Positions 40,272-49,069 of a stretch of DNA of 64,000 bases are shown here, one piece after another (within the stretch, counting starts at the first letter, position 1; every line of letters starts with the position of its first letter). The notes under the pieces were generated by a model. That model ran no database searches. It was not told where the DNA came from and worked only from the letters and a program-made list of their open reading frames with translations. This stretch comes from Gemmatimonadaceae bacterium (lineage in GTDB: Bacteria > Gemmatimonadota > Gemmatimonadetes > Gemmatimonadales > Gemmatimonadaceae), in the NCBI GenBank assembly GCA_035286465.1, contig DATEDF010000124.1, positions 3,242-67,241 on the forward strand, in the 5' to 3' direction. The position numbers and the translations under genes were made by a program.

Positions 40272-42778
40272 CCGCGCGCGTCGCGATCATCGCGGTGCAC
40301 GGCGTCGGGAGTCCCGCGCCGCTGAGCACGGCACAGGCGACGGCCGAACTCCTCGTGCGGCACCAGCCAAACGGCGCGCGCTTCAGCGCGTTCGAGGAGC
40401 GCCGGCTCACGATCCCCACCGACAAGCTCAACATCACGCCGTCCAGATGGGACACCGTCGCGCCGCGGTCCGCGCGCCCCGCGGCCGCGCCGCCGCCCCC
40501 GCCCCCGCCCCCCGCGGTGAAGCAGTCACGGCTCGCGGCCCGGCTCGAGGAGGATCGTTCGGCGCTCGGGCGGAACCGCGACCGGCCCTCGGGCCCCGAC
40601 ATCGCCTTCATGCGTGAGCAGCTCGACGGCTACGAGAGCGACCACGCGCCGTACGAGACCGCGGAACTGGTGGGCGAGCGCACCGACGCCACGGGCGCGC
40701 GCACCGCCGTGCACGTCTTCGAGATGTACTGGGCCGACCTCTCGCGCGTCGGCTCGGGGCTCCTCCGCGTGCTCGGCACCATCTACCAGCTCATCCTCCA
40801 CATCAGCCACCTGGGCCGCAAGACGCTCGACGTCGCGTGGCAGTACGCGCCCGATCCGGAGGACCTGGCGCTGAACGAGGCCTGGCGGCGCTTCAGCGCG
40901 TGTCACGCGTGGGCCGTGCGACTGTTCACGATCGGCGTGCCGCTCGCCACGGTCCTGATGCTCTGCTGGAGCGTGCTCTTCGTGCCCGCGGCGATCCCCG
41001 CGAATGCGCGCCCCGTGGCCGGCATCGCGGCGAGCGCGATCATCGCGATCGCCGCCGCCGGCCTGCTCTGCTTCACCCGCCTCAAGACCGCGAGTGCCGC
41101 GACGGCCTTCGTGCTGCTCTCGCTGGCCATTCTCGGGGCCGGCGGATGGCTCTACTGGACCTTGCCGGCTCGCGCCGGGCTGCTCGGCACCGGCATCCTC
41201 AGCGTGACGCTCGGCCTCGTGACCCTCGTCGCCTACGAGGCGACCCTCCGTTTCTACGAGCGCTCGCGCCCGGGCGCGCTCGTGCTGGGACGCGTGGGCG
41301 CGCTCCTCCTCCTCGCGCTCACCGCCGTCTCCTGGCCGCTGGTGGACCGCGCGCTCGAGCCCGCGGAGATCATTCGGCAGCTCGCGTTCTTCGCGTTCCA
41401 GTGGGGGTACATCCTCAACATGCTCCTCTGGCTGACGCTCTGGGGCGTGGCGTTTGCCGCCTTCCTCCTCGGCGTGCGGGTCTGGCAGCGCACGACGGCT
41501 CCCGTCGAGCGCCGGCGGATGCGGCGCGCGGGCTGGACGGCGCGCGTGACGCTCTGCTTCTCGCTCTTCGCGTTCATCGTCACGGTGCTGATCGGCTATC
41601 AGGCGATGCTCGCGCTCGCGTCGCAGTACACGAGCTGGGTGGATCTCCTTCCCAAGGCGCAGCTCCGGACGGTCGCGACCTGGTTCCTTCCCGCCGCACG
41701 CGGCGCGGTGCCCGACTTCCTGCAGGCACTGATCGCGGCGGGCGGTACGTCGGCGCTGCCGTGGATCATCGCCGGGCTTGGCTTCGCGCTGCTGCTCGTG
41801 CTCTGGTTCCTGCTCCTCGTCGGCTTCACGAGCGCGCGCCGGCTGTCCGAAGACTGGAAGTTCTCGCGCCAGCTCGGCGAGTGGTTCACCGCGGGCTTCG
41901 TCTGGCTCCGCGCGTCGGGGAATCTCGCGACGTCGGTGATCTACGGCGGGTTCATCGTCGGGGGCGTCGTCGGATTCGCGCCGGCGATCTTCGGGTTCAC
42001 TTGGCCGGCCGAGGTGACGGACTTCTTCGACGAACGCCGGACGACGCGATTGATCACCGCGATGACATACGCCGTGCTCGCCTCGGCGGCGACGGTGGCG
42101 GCGGTGAAGCTCCGCCTCACCGCGCTCGCCTCACGCGCGCGCCCCGCGCTCGGCATCGTGCTCGACGTGGACAACTACCTGCGCGAATCGCCCTGGGAGG
42201 CGACGCCACGCGCGAAGATGGCCGAGCGGCTCGCCTCGCTGCTCCGGAACGTCGAGGACCGCAGGAACGCGGACGGAACGCCGTACTTCGACCGCGTCGT
42301 CTTCATCTCGCACAGCCAGGGCACCGTGCTGACGGCCGACTTCCTGCGCTTTCTCGCCGCGGAGAAGATCCAGTGCCCCGAGGTGCGCGCCGAGCGCTTC
42401 CGCCTCCTCACGATGGGGTCGCCGCTCCGCCAGCTCTACGCCGCGAACTTCCCGCACCTCTACAAGTGGGTGGACTCGTCCGACGACCGCGAGCCCCGGA
42501 AGCGGGACGACGCGCTCGCGGCGGAAGCGCTCGCGCGGCGGACGCCCGACCCGGCCGCGCTCCGCGTCGGCAAGTGGGTGAATCTCTACACATCGGGCGA
42601 CTACGTCGGCCGCGCCCTCTGGCGGCGCGAAGACGCGCCGGGCGTGTGGTCGTGCGAGACATACGCGGGCGCGAGCGAGGCCGGCAACCGGCGGGAGCGC
42701 TGCCTCGGCGCTGGGACGCACACGCGCTATTGGTCGAGCGCCGCGGTGGCGGAGGAGCTGGACGCGCTGCTGGTTTGA
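40268..42778 (+). CDS. Membrane protein: alpha/beta-hydrolase-like fold split by a polytopic TM insertion of about 10 helices (836 aa)
   Basis: C-terminal part of track ORF 39356..42778. N-terminal motifs RVAIIAVHGVGS and VHVFEMYWADL, then about 10 hydrophobic helices, then VVFISHSQGT (GxSxG-like), GDYVG and GAGTHTRYW. No ATG/GTG/TTG occurs before GTG 40295. A CTG at 40268 overlaps the patatin TGA (CTGA). The start is therefore 40268 or 40295. Confidence 0.65.
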   Translation: MTARVAIIAVHGVGSPAPLSTAQATAELLVRHQPNGARFSAFEERRLTIPTDKLNITPSRWDTVAPRSARPAAAPPPPPPPPAVKQSRLAARLEEDRSALGRNRDRPSGPDIAFMREQLDGYESDHAPYETAELVGERTDATGARTAVHVFEMYWADLSRVGSGLLRVLGTIYQLILHISHLGRKTLDVAWQYAPDPEDLALNEAWRRFSACHAWAVRLFTIGVPLATVLMLCWSVLFVPAAIPANARPVAGIAASAIIAIAAAGLLCFTRLKTASAATAFVLLSLAILGAGGWLYWTLPARAGLLGTGILSVTLGLVTLVAYEATLRFYERSRPGALVLGRVGALLLLALTAVSWPLVDRALEPAEIIRQLAFFAFQWGYILNMLLWLTLWGVAFAAFLLGVRVWQRTTAPVERRRMRRAGWTARVTLCFSLFAFIVTVLIGYQAMLALASQYTSWVDLLPKAQLRTVATWFLPAARGAVPDFLQALIAAGGTSALPWIIAGLGFALLLVLWFLLLVGFTSARRLSEDWKFSRQLGEWFTAGFVWLRASGNLATSVIYGGFIVGGVVGFAPAIFGFTWPAEVTDFFDERRTTRLITAMTYAVLASAATVAAVKLRLTALASRARPALGIVLDVDNYLRESPWEATPRAKMAERLASLLRNVEDRRNADGTPYFDRVVFISHSQGTVLTADFLRFLAAEKIQCPEVRAERFRLLTMGSPLRQLYAANFPHLYKWVDSSDDREPRKRDDALAAEALARRTPDPAALRVGKWVNLYTSGDYVGRALWRREDAPGVWSCETYAGASEAGNRRERCLGAGTHTRYWSSAAVAEELDALLV

Positions 42779-42849
42779 AGTTGAACCGTCGGGCCCTCGT
42801 GAGCGCGCCGGTCCGGCGCGCGCGGGCACGCCACCCGCGCCCGCCCGCC

Positions 42850-44094
42850 TCACCCCGCGAACCACCCGATCGCGAACTGACAGAACACCGCCCCCACCAC
42901 CGCCATCGCGAACCCCCAAGCCAGCAGCTTGCGGAAAAGCGGCCGCGGATCCTGGCCGCCCGGGAGCGCCGCGAGGCAGAGCGCGCCGATCGTCGAGAGC
43001 GGCGACACGTCCACGAGCGCGGCGCCGACGTTGATGCTCATCGCCACCTGCAGCGGGTCGCCGCCGCCCAGCTTCAGCACGAGCCCGGGCACGGCGGGAA
43101 GGAACGCCGGGTAGACGACGCCCGAGGTGGAGCTGTAGGTCGAGATGACGCCCGTCACGAAGGCGATCGTCCCGTTCACCGTCCCCGGCGTCGAGATGCG
43201 CGCGAGCATCGTCGTGAAGAGGTCCATCCCGCCCGTCTTCTCGAGCACGCCGATGAGCACGCTCACCCCGCACACCATCACGATCACCGACCACGGCACC
43301 GCCTTCACCGACGCGACGTCCTCGGCGGCGCCCGCGAGAATGAGCACGGCCGCCGCCGCAAAGGCCGAGAGGCCGGGGTTCGCCTTGAATGCCACGACGC
43401 CGACGATCCACGCGGCCGTCACCGCGAGCGTGAGCCAGTGACGGCGCTCAATCGGCGGCGCGGCGACGACCGTCGAGACCCGAGCCGCACGTGCGAGCCG
43501 CACGCCGCCGAAGAGCAGGAACGCGCCAAGCGCGACCAGCGCGTGCACGACGAAGTTCGCGGCCCAGACGCTCCACTCGTGGCCGCCGAGCCCCGCGGAC
43601 TTCATCAGCTCCTGCACCATCGCGCCGACGGCGCTGATCGGGGAGAGATTCCCCGCGTTCGCGCCATTGCCGACCATCAACGCCACGAGAAACGCCGGCA
43701 CGCCCGCCGAGCCGCCGATGGCCATCGCGAGCGGCGCGATGAGCGCGCTCGCCGCGATCGCGCCCGGTCCGACCGTCGAGACGGCGCACGCGAGGAGGAA
43801 GAAGAGCGGCGGCAGGAGCGCGACGTGGCCGCCGGCGAGCCGCACCGCGCGGTGCGCGAGCGCGGCGAGCGTCCCGTTCGCCTGCGCCACCGCGAAGAGG
43901 AGCGTCACCCCGAGCAGCGTGAGGAAGAGGGTGGCCGGGAACGTCGCCATCAGCACGTCGGCCTTCCACTGCGCCGCGTAGAGCCCGATCGGCCACGCGA
44001 GCGCCACCGCCAGCACGCCGACGTTGATGCGCGACGTGAGGCTCGTGAGCAGCACGAGGAGCAGCGCGACGAGCGAGAGCACGGCCGGGCTCAC
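42850..44094 (-). CDS. Anion/dicarboxylate permease (ArsB/NhaD-SLC13 superfamily, MatC-like by context)
   Basis: C-terminal 414 codons of track ORF 42850..44514. GTG 44094 overlaps the ligase TGA (GTGA). About 12 TM, with GNGANAGNLSPIS-type hairpin motifs. Confidence 0.7.
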   Translation of the reverse strand: MSPAVLSLVALLLVLLTSLTSRINVGVLAVALAWPIGLYAAQWKADVLMATFPATLFLTLLGVTLLFAVAQANGTLAALAHRAVRLAGGHVALLPPLFFLLACAVSTVGPGAIAASALIAPLAMAIGGSAGVPAFLVALMVGNGANAGNLSPISAVGAMVQELMKSAGLGGHEWSVWAANFVVHALVALGAFLLFGGVRLARAARVSTVVAAPPIERRHWLTLAVTAAWIVGVVAFKANPGLSAFAAAAVLILAGAAEDVASVKAVPWSVIVMVCGVSVLIGVLEKTGGMDLFTTMLARISTPGTVNGTIAFVTGVISTYSSTSGVVYPAFLPAVPGLVLKLGGGDPLQVAMSINVGAALVDVSPLSTIGALCLAALPGGQDPRPLFRKLLAWGFAMAVVGAVFCQFAIGWFAG

Positions 44095-45569
44095 GACGGG
44101 CTCCAGGGCGGCAAGAGGTGCTTCTGGACCTTGCCGAGCGCGGTGCGCGGCAGCGCGTCCACGCGCACGTAGCCGCGCGGGAGCTTGAAGGATGCGAGTA
44201 CGGCACCGAGCCCCTCGCGGAGCGCGCGCTCGTCGAGCGGCACGTCGGAGACGAGGTACGCCACTGGCACCTCGCCGCGCACGGGATCCGTGGCGCCGAT
44301 CACCACGGCCTCGCGCACGCCCGGCTGCGCGAGGAGCAGCTCCTCGACCTCGCGTGGGTAGACGTTGAACCCGCCCGAGATGATCAGGTCGCTGACGCGC
44401 CCCCGGAGCGTGAGGTAGCCGTCGCTCGAGCGCGCGCCGAGGTCGCCCGTGCGGAACCACCCGTTCCGGAACGCCGCGGCCGTCTCGGCCTCGCGCTTCC
44501 AATACCCGGCGCACACGTTGGGCCCACGCACCCAGACCTCGCCCGTCGCGCCGTCGGCCACGGGCGCGCCCAGTTCGTCGAGCACGCGCAGCTCCACGTG
44601 CGGCAGCGGCGGCCCCACCGTTCCCGCGCGCCGCTCGCCATCATGGGGATTGCTCGCGTTCATCAGCGTTTCCGTCATCCCGTAGCGCTCGAGGATCACG
44701 TGGCCGTAGCGCGCACGGAAGGCCTCCAGGACCTGCGGCGGGAGCGGCGCCGAGCCCGAGACGAAGAGCCGCATCCGTTCGCCGATCCCTCGGGCGCGCG
44801 CGGCGGGCACGTCGAGCAGCCGCACGTAGATCGTCGGCACGCCGAAGAAGAGCGTGGGCCGGTACTCCTCGAACAGGTCGGCGGCGGTGGCGTGCTCGAA
44901 TCGCTCGATGAGCCGCATGTGGCACCCGCTCGCGAGCCAGCAGTGCACGCCGTTGCCGAGCCCGTGCACGTGAAAGAGCGGGAGCACGGCCAGATAGCGA
45001 TCGGCGCTCGTGATGCGCCACGCTCCGGTGAGCGCGCGGGCGTTCGCCGCGAAGTTGCCGTGCGTCAGCACGGCCCCCTTCGACGCGCCCGTCGTCCCCG
45101 ACGTGTACACGAGCGCCGCCGGCGCGTCGTCATCGAGGGCGATCCGCGGGCGGTCCGAGGCGCACGGCGCCCACTCGGCCTCGAGCGAATCCACGTCCCA
45201 GCACGCGGTGCCGGCGGGGACGTCGGTCGCGCGCGCGCTCGTCGCCACCACCGCGCGGGGCTCCGCGTCGCGCACGATGTGGCCGATCTCGCGCGCGGTG
45301 TACAGCACGTTGACCGGCACCACGATCACACCGAGCTTGGCGCACGCGAGCCAGAGGTCCACGATCTCGACGCGATTCGCGAGGCAGAACGCGAGTCGGT
45401 CACCGCGCACGAGCCCGCGGGCGGCGAGGAGTTGCGCGAGCCGGTTGCTGCGCGCCTCGAGGTCGCCGAAGGTCAGTGACACCCGCGGTGCGCCCGGACG
45501 GTCCCATTCGAGCGCGCACGCGCCCGCGCGCTGGATGAGCGAGCGGTCGAAGAGCTCGGTCAGCAGCAT
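44091..45569 (-). CDS. AMP-forming acyl-CoA synthetase, malonyl-CoA synthetase (MatB)-like
   Basis: Track ORF 492 aa. LVYTSGTTGASKGAVLTH (AMP motif), GVPTIYVRLL, LFVSGSAPL, ILERYGMTET, GWFRTGDLG, ISGGFNVYPREVE, GKVQK. These blocks closely resemble Rhizobium MatB as I remember it. Confidence 0.85.
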   Translation of the reverse strand: MLLTELFDRSLIQRAGACALEWDRPGAPRVSLTFGDLEARSNRLAQLLAARGLVRGDRLAFCLANRVEIVDLWLACAKLGVIVVPVNVLYTAREIGHIVRDAEPRAVVATSARATDVPAGTACWDVDSLEAEWAPCASDRPRIALDDDAPAALVYTSGTTGASKGAVLTHGNFAANARALTGAWRITSADRYLAVLPLFHVHGLGNGVHCWLASGCHMRLIERFEHATAADLFEEYRPTLFFGVPTIYVRLLDVPAARARGIGERMRLFVSGSAPLPPQVLEAFRARYGHVILERYGMTETLMNASNPHDGERRAGTVGPPLPHVELRVLDELGAPVADGATGEVWVRGPNVCAGYWKREAETAAAFRNGWFRTGDLGARSSDGYLTLRGRVSDLIISGGFNVYPREVEELLLAQPGVREAVVIGATDPVRGEVPVAYLVSDVPLDERALREGLGAVLASFKLPRGYVRVDALPRTALGKVQKHLLPPWSPS

Positions 45570-45615
45570 CGCGCGAGCCGCACCGGCCCCGGTCCGGGCA
45601 CCCGGCGTCCGGTGT

Positions 45616-48600
45616 TTACGGCAGCACCGCCGGTTTCACCCCCACCAGCTGGTTGAACCGCGCGAGCTCCCGGTCCATCACCGCCTTGTAGCTCGCCTTC
45701 GCCGCCGCGAGGTCCTTCTCGATGTCCGCGAGCCACGCCAGCGACGCGTCGGTCGGCCGGAACTCCGCGCCGCCCGCGACGTCGCCCGCGCCCGTCCCCA
45801 CCTCACCCGACAGCCAGATCAGCGACAGGTAGATCCTGAACGGCTCCACGTACCACTTGTCGTCGCTGTGCAGATCGGAGCGCGAGAGCAGGAGCAGCTC
45901 CACGTCGAGGAGCTTCCGGTCCAGCTCGCCGAGCGCCGCCCTGTCCTCGGCGCGCGTGCTGTCGGACTTGCGCTTGTCCTCGATCTGTTTCCGCATCACC
46001 TCGAGCCGGTTCACCATGTCGGCGGTCGCGTTCATCGCGTCGCGAATCCGGATCTGTGCGGCGAGTGAGGCGCCCAGGTCGGCGTCCGTCGTCGTGATCT
46101 CGGGATCGCGCATGACCTCGAGCGGCTGCGCCACCGTCTGCCCGTCCACCGTGAGGCGCGCCGTGTACTTGCCCGGCAGCGCGAGCGGCCCGTTCGCCAT
46201 CGGTCCGCCGATGCCCCAGTGCACGATCGGCCGCGTCTTCTGGTCGCGGAATCGTGGCTCGTCCCAGATGAACGGATTGTCCGGCGCCACCGTGCGCAGT
46301 TCGACGCGCGTGGGCGGATCGTAACGCAGGTCCCACGTCGTGAGGTTCATGCCGCTCCGGCCGAGCTGCCTGATGGTGCGCAACGCGCTCCCCTTCGCGT
46401 CCACGATCTCGACCTTCACCGTGTCCTTCGGGACGGCCTTGAGCGAGAACTGGAGGCTCGCGGACCCGCTGCGCGCCTCGCGAACGCCCGCGCGCGGCGT
46501 GAAGAGGTGCAGGTCGGCGTTCGCGGCCGCCGCGTCCCGCTGCTCGAGCGTCGTGATGTCGCGCAGCACGTAGATCCCGCGCCCGTACGTTGAAACCAGC
46601 ACGTCGTGCCACGGCTTCGGCGTGGAGATCCACGTCACCGGCGCCGCGGGGAGCCCGTCCTGGAACTGCGTCCAGTGCGCGCCGTCGTCCATCGAGTAGT
46701 AGAACGCGTTCCCCGTTCCCGCGAACAGCATCCCCCTGCGATTCGGGTTCTCCGCCACCGCGAGCACGTACGCGAGGGGATGCTTCGCCGGCAGGTCGCC
46801 CGTGATCTTCTTCCACGTCTGCCCGAAGTCCGTCGTCTTGTAGAGGAAGGGCTCGCGATTGTCCATCATGTGGAAGTCCACCGCGACGTATGCCGTGCCC
46901 GCGTCGAAGCGCGAGGGTTCGATCTTGCGGATCGTGCCCCAGGCGGGAAGTCCCGTGATGTTCTTCGTGACGTCGTTCCACTTCTGGCCGCCGTCGCGGG
47001 TGTACCAGAGCTTCCCGTCGTTCGTGCCGGCCCAGATGAGCCCGCGCTGGATCTCCGACGGAGCGATCGCGAACACCACCTCGCCGTAGAACTGGCCGAG
47101 GTTGTCCTCGACGATGCCGCCCGACGAGACGATGCGGCTCGGATCGTTCGTCGAGAGATCGGGACTGATCACGGCCCAGCTCTGGCCGCCGTTCGACGTC
47201 CTGAAGATCACCTGGCAGCCGTAGTAGACGATGTTGCGGTCGAACGGGTCAATCGCCAGGGGCGGCGTCCAGTGGCAGCGGTACTTCGACTTGTTGGGCG
47301 GCGAATCGAGCGTGTGAATCCACGGGCTCACCGAGCGCGCGCGGCGCACGCGGTGGTCGTAGCGCGTGACCGTGTTCCCGTAGCACGACGCCCAGACGAT
47401 GTTCGGATCGGCGGGATCGGGGAGCGTGAACCCGGACTCGCAACCGCCGAGCCCGTGGTCCCAGGTGGAGAATCCACCGCCGCGGCCGCCGCCGCCAAAG
47501 CCGCCCCCTCCGCCGCCACGGCCGCCGCCGTCCCCGCCGCCACGACCGGTGTAGACCGCCAACGCGGCGCGCCCGCCCGACGTGGGCGGCGTCTCGGGCG
47601 CGGTGCTCGGCCCTCGGAACGTCCCGTCATCCTGCCGGTTGCCGTACACCCAGTACGGCACCTGGTTGTCCACCGTCATGTGGTACATCTGCGCGATCGG
47701 CAGCGAGATGCTCTGTGTCGTGCGGCCGCGGTCCGTCGTGATCCGCGCGCCCGCGTCGTTCGTCATCCCCAGATGGTCGGGGTTCTTCGGGTCCACCCAG
47801 ATGTCGTGGTTGTCGCCGCCCCACGGCACCGTCGCAAACGTGAGCCCGCCGTCCGTCGAGCGATGAAAGCTGCTGCTCGCGACGTACACCTCGTTCGCGT
47901 CGCCGCTCGACACCTTGATGTTGATGTAGTAACCCGCGCGTCCGATGAGCGGCCGCGACCAGCTCACCACCTTCCACGACGCGCCGCCGTCGTCGGAGCG
48001 CCAGACCGAGCCCTGCGCGTCGGTCTGAATGAGCGCGTAGACGCGCCGCGAATCGGTCGGCGCCACCGCGACGTCGATCTTGCCGAGCGGCGGCTTCGGG
48101 AGCCCCGGGTGCACGACGTGCGTCCAGGTCGCGCCGGCGTCGTGCGTCACGTAGATCCCGCTCGACGGCCCGCCCGAGTACATCGCGTACGTGTGCATCA
48201 CCACCTGCCACATCCCCGCGAAGAGCGTGTTCGGGTCCTTCCAGTCAATCCCGAGCCCCGAGCAGCCCGTGTTCTCGTCCACGAAGAGCGAGCGCTGCCA
48301 CGTGCGGCCGCCGTCGGTCGTGCGATACACGCCGCGCTCCTGTTGCGGACCGGTGGCGCGTCCGAGCGCGCACACGTAGACGACGTTCGGATTCGTGGGG
48401 TGCACGATGATCCGGCCGATGCGCCCGGTCTCCACGAGCCCGACGTTGGTCCACGTCGCGCCGGCGTCGGTGGACTTGTAGATCCCGTCCCCCATCACGT
48501 CGGCGTCGCGGATGGCCCACGCCTCACCCGTGCCGGCCCACACCTGGCTGGGGTCGGAGGGCGCGACGGCCAGCGCGCCGATCGCCTGCGCGCTCTGCTT

Positions 48601-48933
48601 GTCGAAGACGGGCACGAAGGTGTTGCCCTCGTCCACCGACTTCCAGACGCCGCCGCTGGCGGCGCCCAGGTACCAGGTGCGCACGTCGCCGGGGACGCCG
48701 GCGATGGCGGCCACCCGCCCTCCGCTCGAGGGGCCGAGCAGCTGGAACTGGAGCGGCGGCGGCGCCGGCGGCGGGCCGCCCCGGCCGCCGCGGCCGCCCG
48801 GCGGCTGCGCGGCGCCGAGCGCCGGGATCAGCACCGGGATGAGCGCGAGAATGACGGGCGCGGCGAGCGCGCGGAGCGCGCGCAGAACGCGCGGCACGCG
48901 AGCGTGAAGGCTGGGGATCATGGTCGGTTCCAT
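45616..48933 (-). CDS. Sortilin/VPS10-type BNR (Asp-box) repeat protein, secreted, paralog 2
   Basis: Track ORF 45616..49062. ATG 48933 or 48921 (MEPTMIPSLHARVPRVLRALRALAAPVILALIPVLIPALGAAQ). Asp-boxes STDAGATW, TTDGGRTW, SDDGGASW, STDGGLTF, TSNGGQSW. Gly/Arg-rich inserts. Confidence 0.85.
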   Translation of the reverse strand: MEPTMIPSLHARVPRVLRALRALAAPVILALIPVLIPALGAAQPPGGRGGRGGPPPAPPPLQFQLLGPSSGGRVAAIAGVPGDVRTWYLGAASGGVWKSVDEGNTFVPVFDKQSAQAIGALAVAPSDPSQVWAGTGEAWAIRDADVMGDGIYKSTDAGATWTNVGLVETGRIGRIIVHPTNPNVVYVCALGRATGPQQERGVYRTTDGGRTWQRSLFVDENTGCSGLGIDWKDPNTLFAGMWQVVMHTYAMYSGGPSSGIYVTHDAGATWTHVVHPGLPKPPLGKIDVAVAPTDSRRVYALIQTDAQGSVWRSDDGGASWKVVSWSRPLIGRAGYYINIKVSSGDANEVYVASSSFHRSTDGGLTFATVPWGGDNHDIWVDPKNPDHLGMTNDAGARITTDRGRTTQSISLPIAQMYHMTVDNQVPYWVYGNRQDDGTFRGPSTAPETPPTSGGRAALAVYTGRGGGDGGGRGGGGGGFGGGGRGGGFSTWDHGLGGCESGFTLPDPADPNIVWASCYGNTVTRYDHRVRRARSVSPWIHTLDSPPNKSKYRCHWTPPLAIDPFDRNIVYYGCQVIFRTSNGGQSWAVISPDLSTNDPSRIVSSGGIVEDNLGQFYGEVVFAIAPSEIQRGLIWAGTNDGKLWYTRDGGQKWNDVTKNITGLPAWGTIRKIEPSRFDAGTAYVAVDFHMMDNREPFLYKTTDFGQTWKKITGDLPAKHPLAYVLAVAENPNRRGMLFAGTGNAFYYSMDDGAHWTQFQDGLPAAPVTWISTPKPWHDVLVSTYGRGIYVLRDITTLEQRDAAAANADLHLFTPRAGVREARSGSASLQFSLKAVPKDTVKVEIVDAKGSALRTIRQLGRSGMNLTTWDLRYDPPTRVELRTVAPDNPFIWDEPRFRDQKTRPIVHWGIGGPMANGPLALPGKYTARLTVDGQTVAQPLEVMRDPEITTTDADLGASLAAQIRIRDAMNATADMVNRLEVMRKQIEDKRKSDSTRAEDRAALGELDRKLLDVELLLLSRSDLHSDDKWYVEPFRIYLSLIWLSGEVGTGAGDVAGGAEFRPTDASLAWLADIEKDLAAAKASYKAVMDRELARFNQLVGVKPAVLP

Positions 48934-49069
48934 CGGATGGGAAACGGACTCGAGAAACTCGCCACTCGAGGCCGTCATGCCACGCTCTCGGAGCGGAAAG
49001 TCACGCCATACGCTGCCGCGTGCGCACGCGCGGAGCAAGAGGCAGGCCTGCTGCGGCCACACGACGCGA

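Noticed and set aside
42803-42821. Perfect palindrome gcgcgccgg-t-ccggcgcgc between convergent genes as a bidirectional terminator
   Set aside because: There is no T/A tract on either side, and the loop would be 1-5 nt with only a 7-9 bp stem. It may still act as an RNA-stabilising hairpin, but it does not meet intrinsic-terminator criteria. The short direct repeat ctgccggccga x2.8 at 8453-8483 was likewise judged uninformative.
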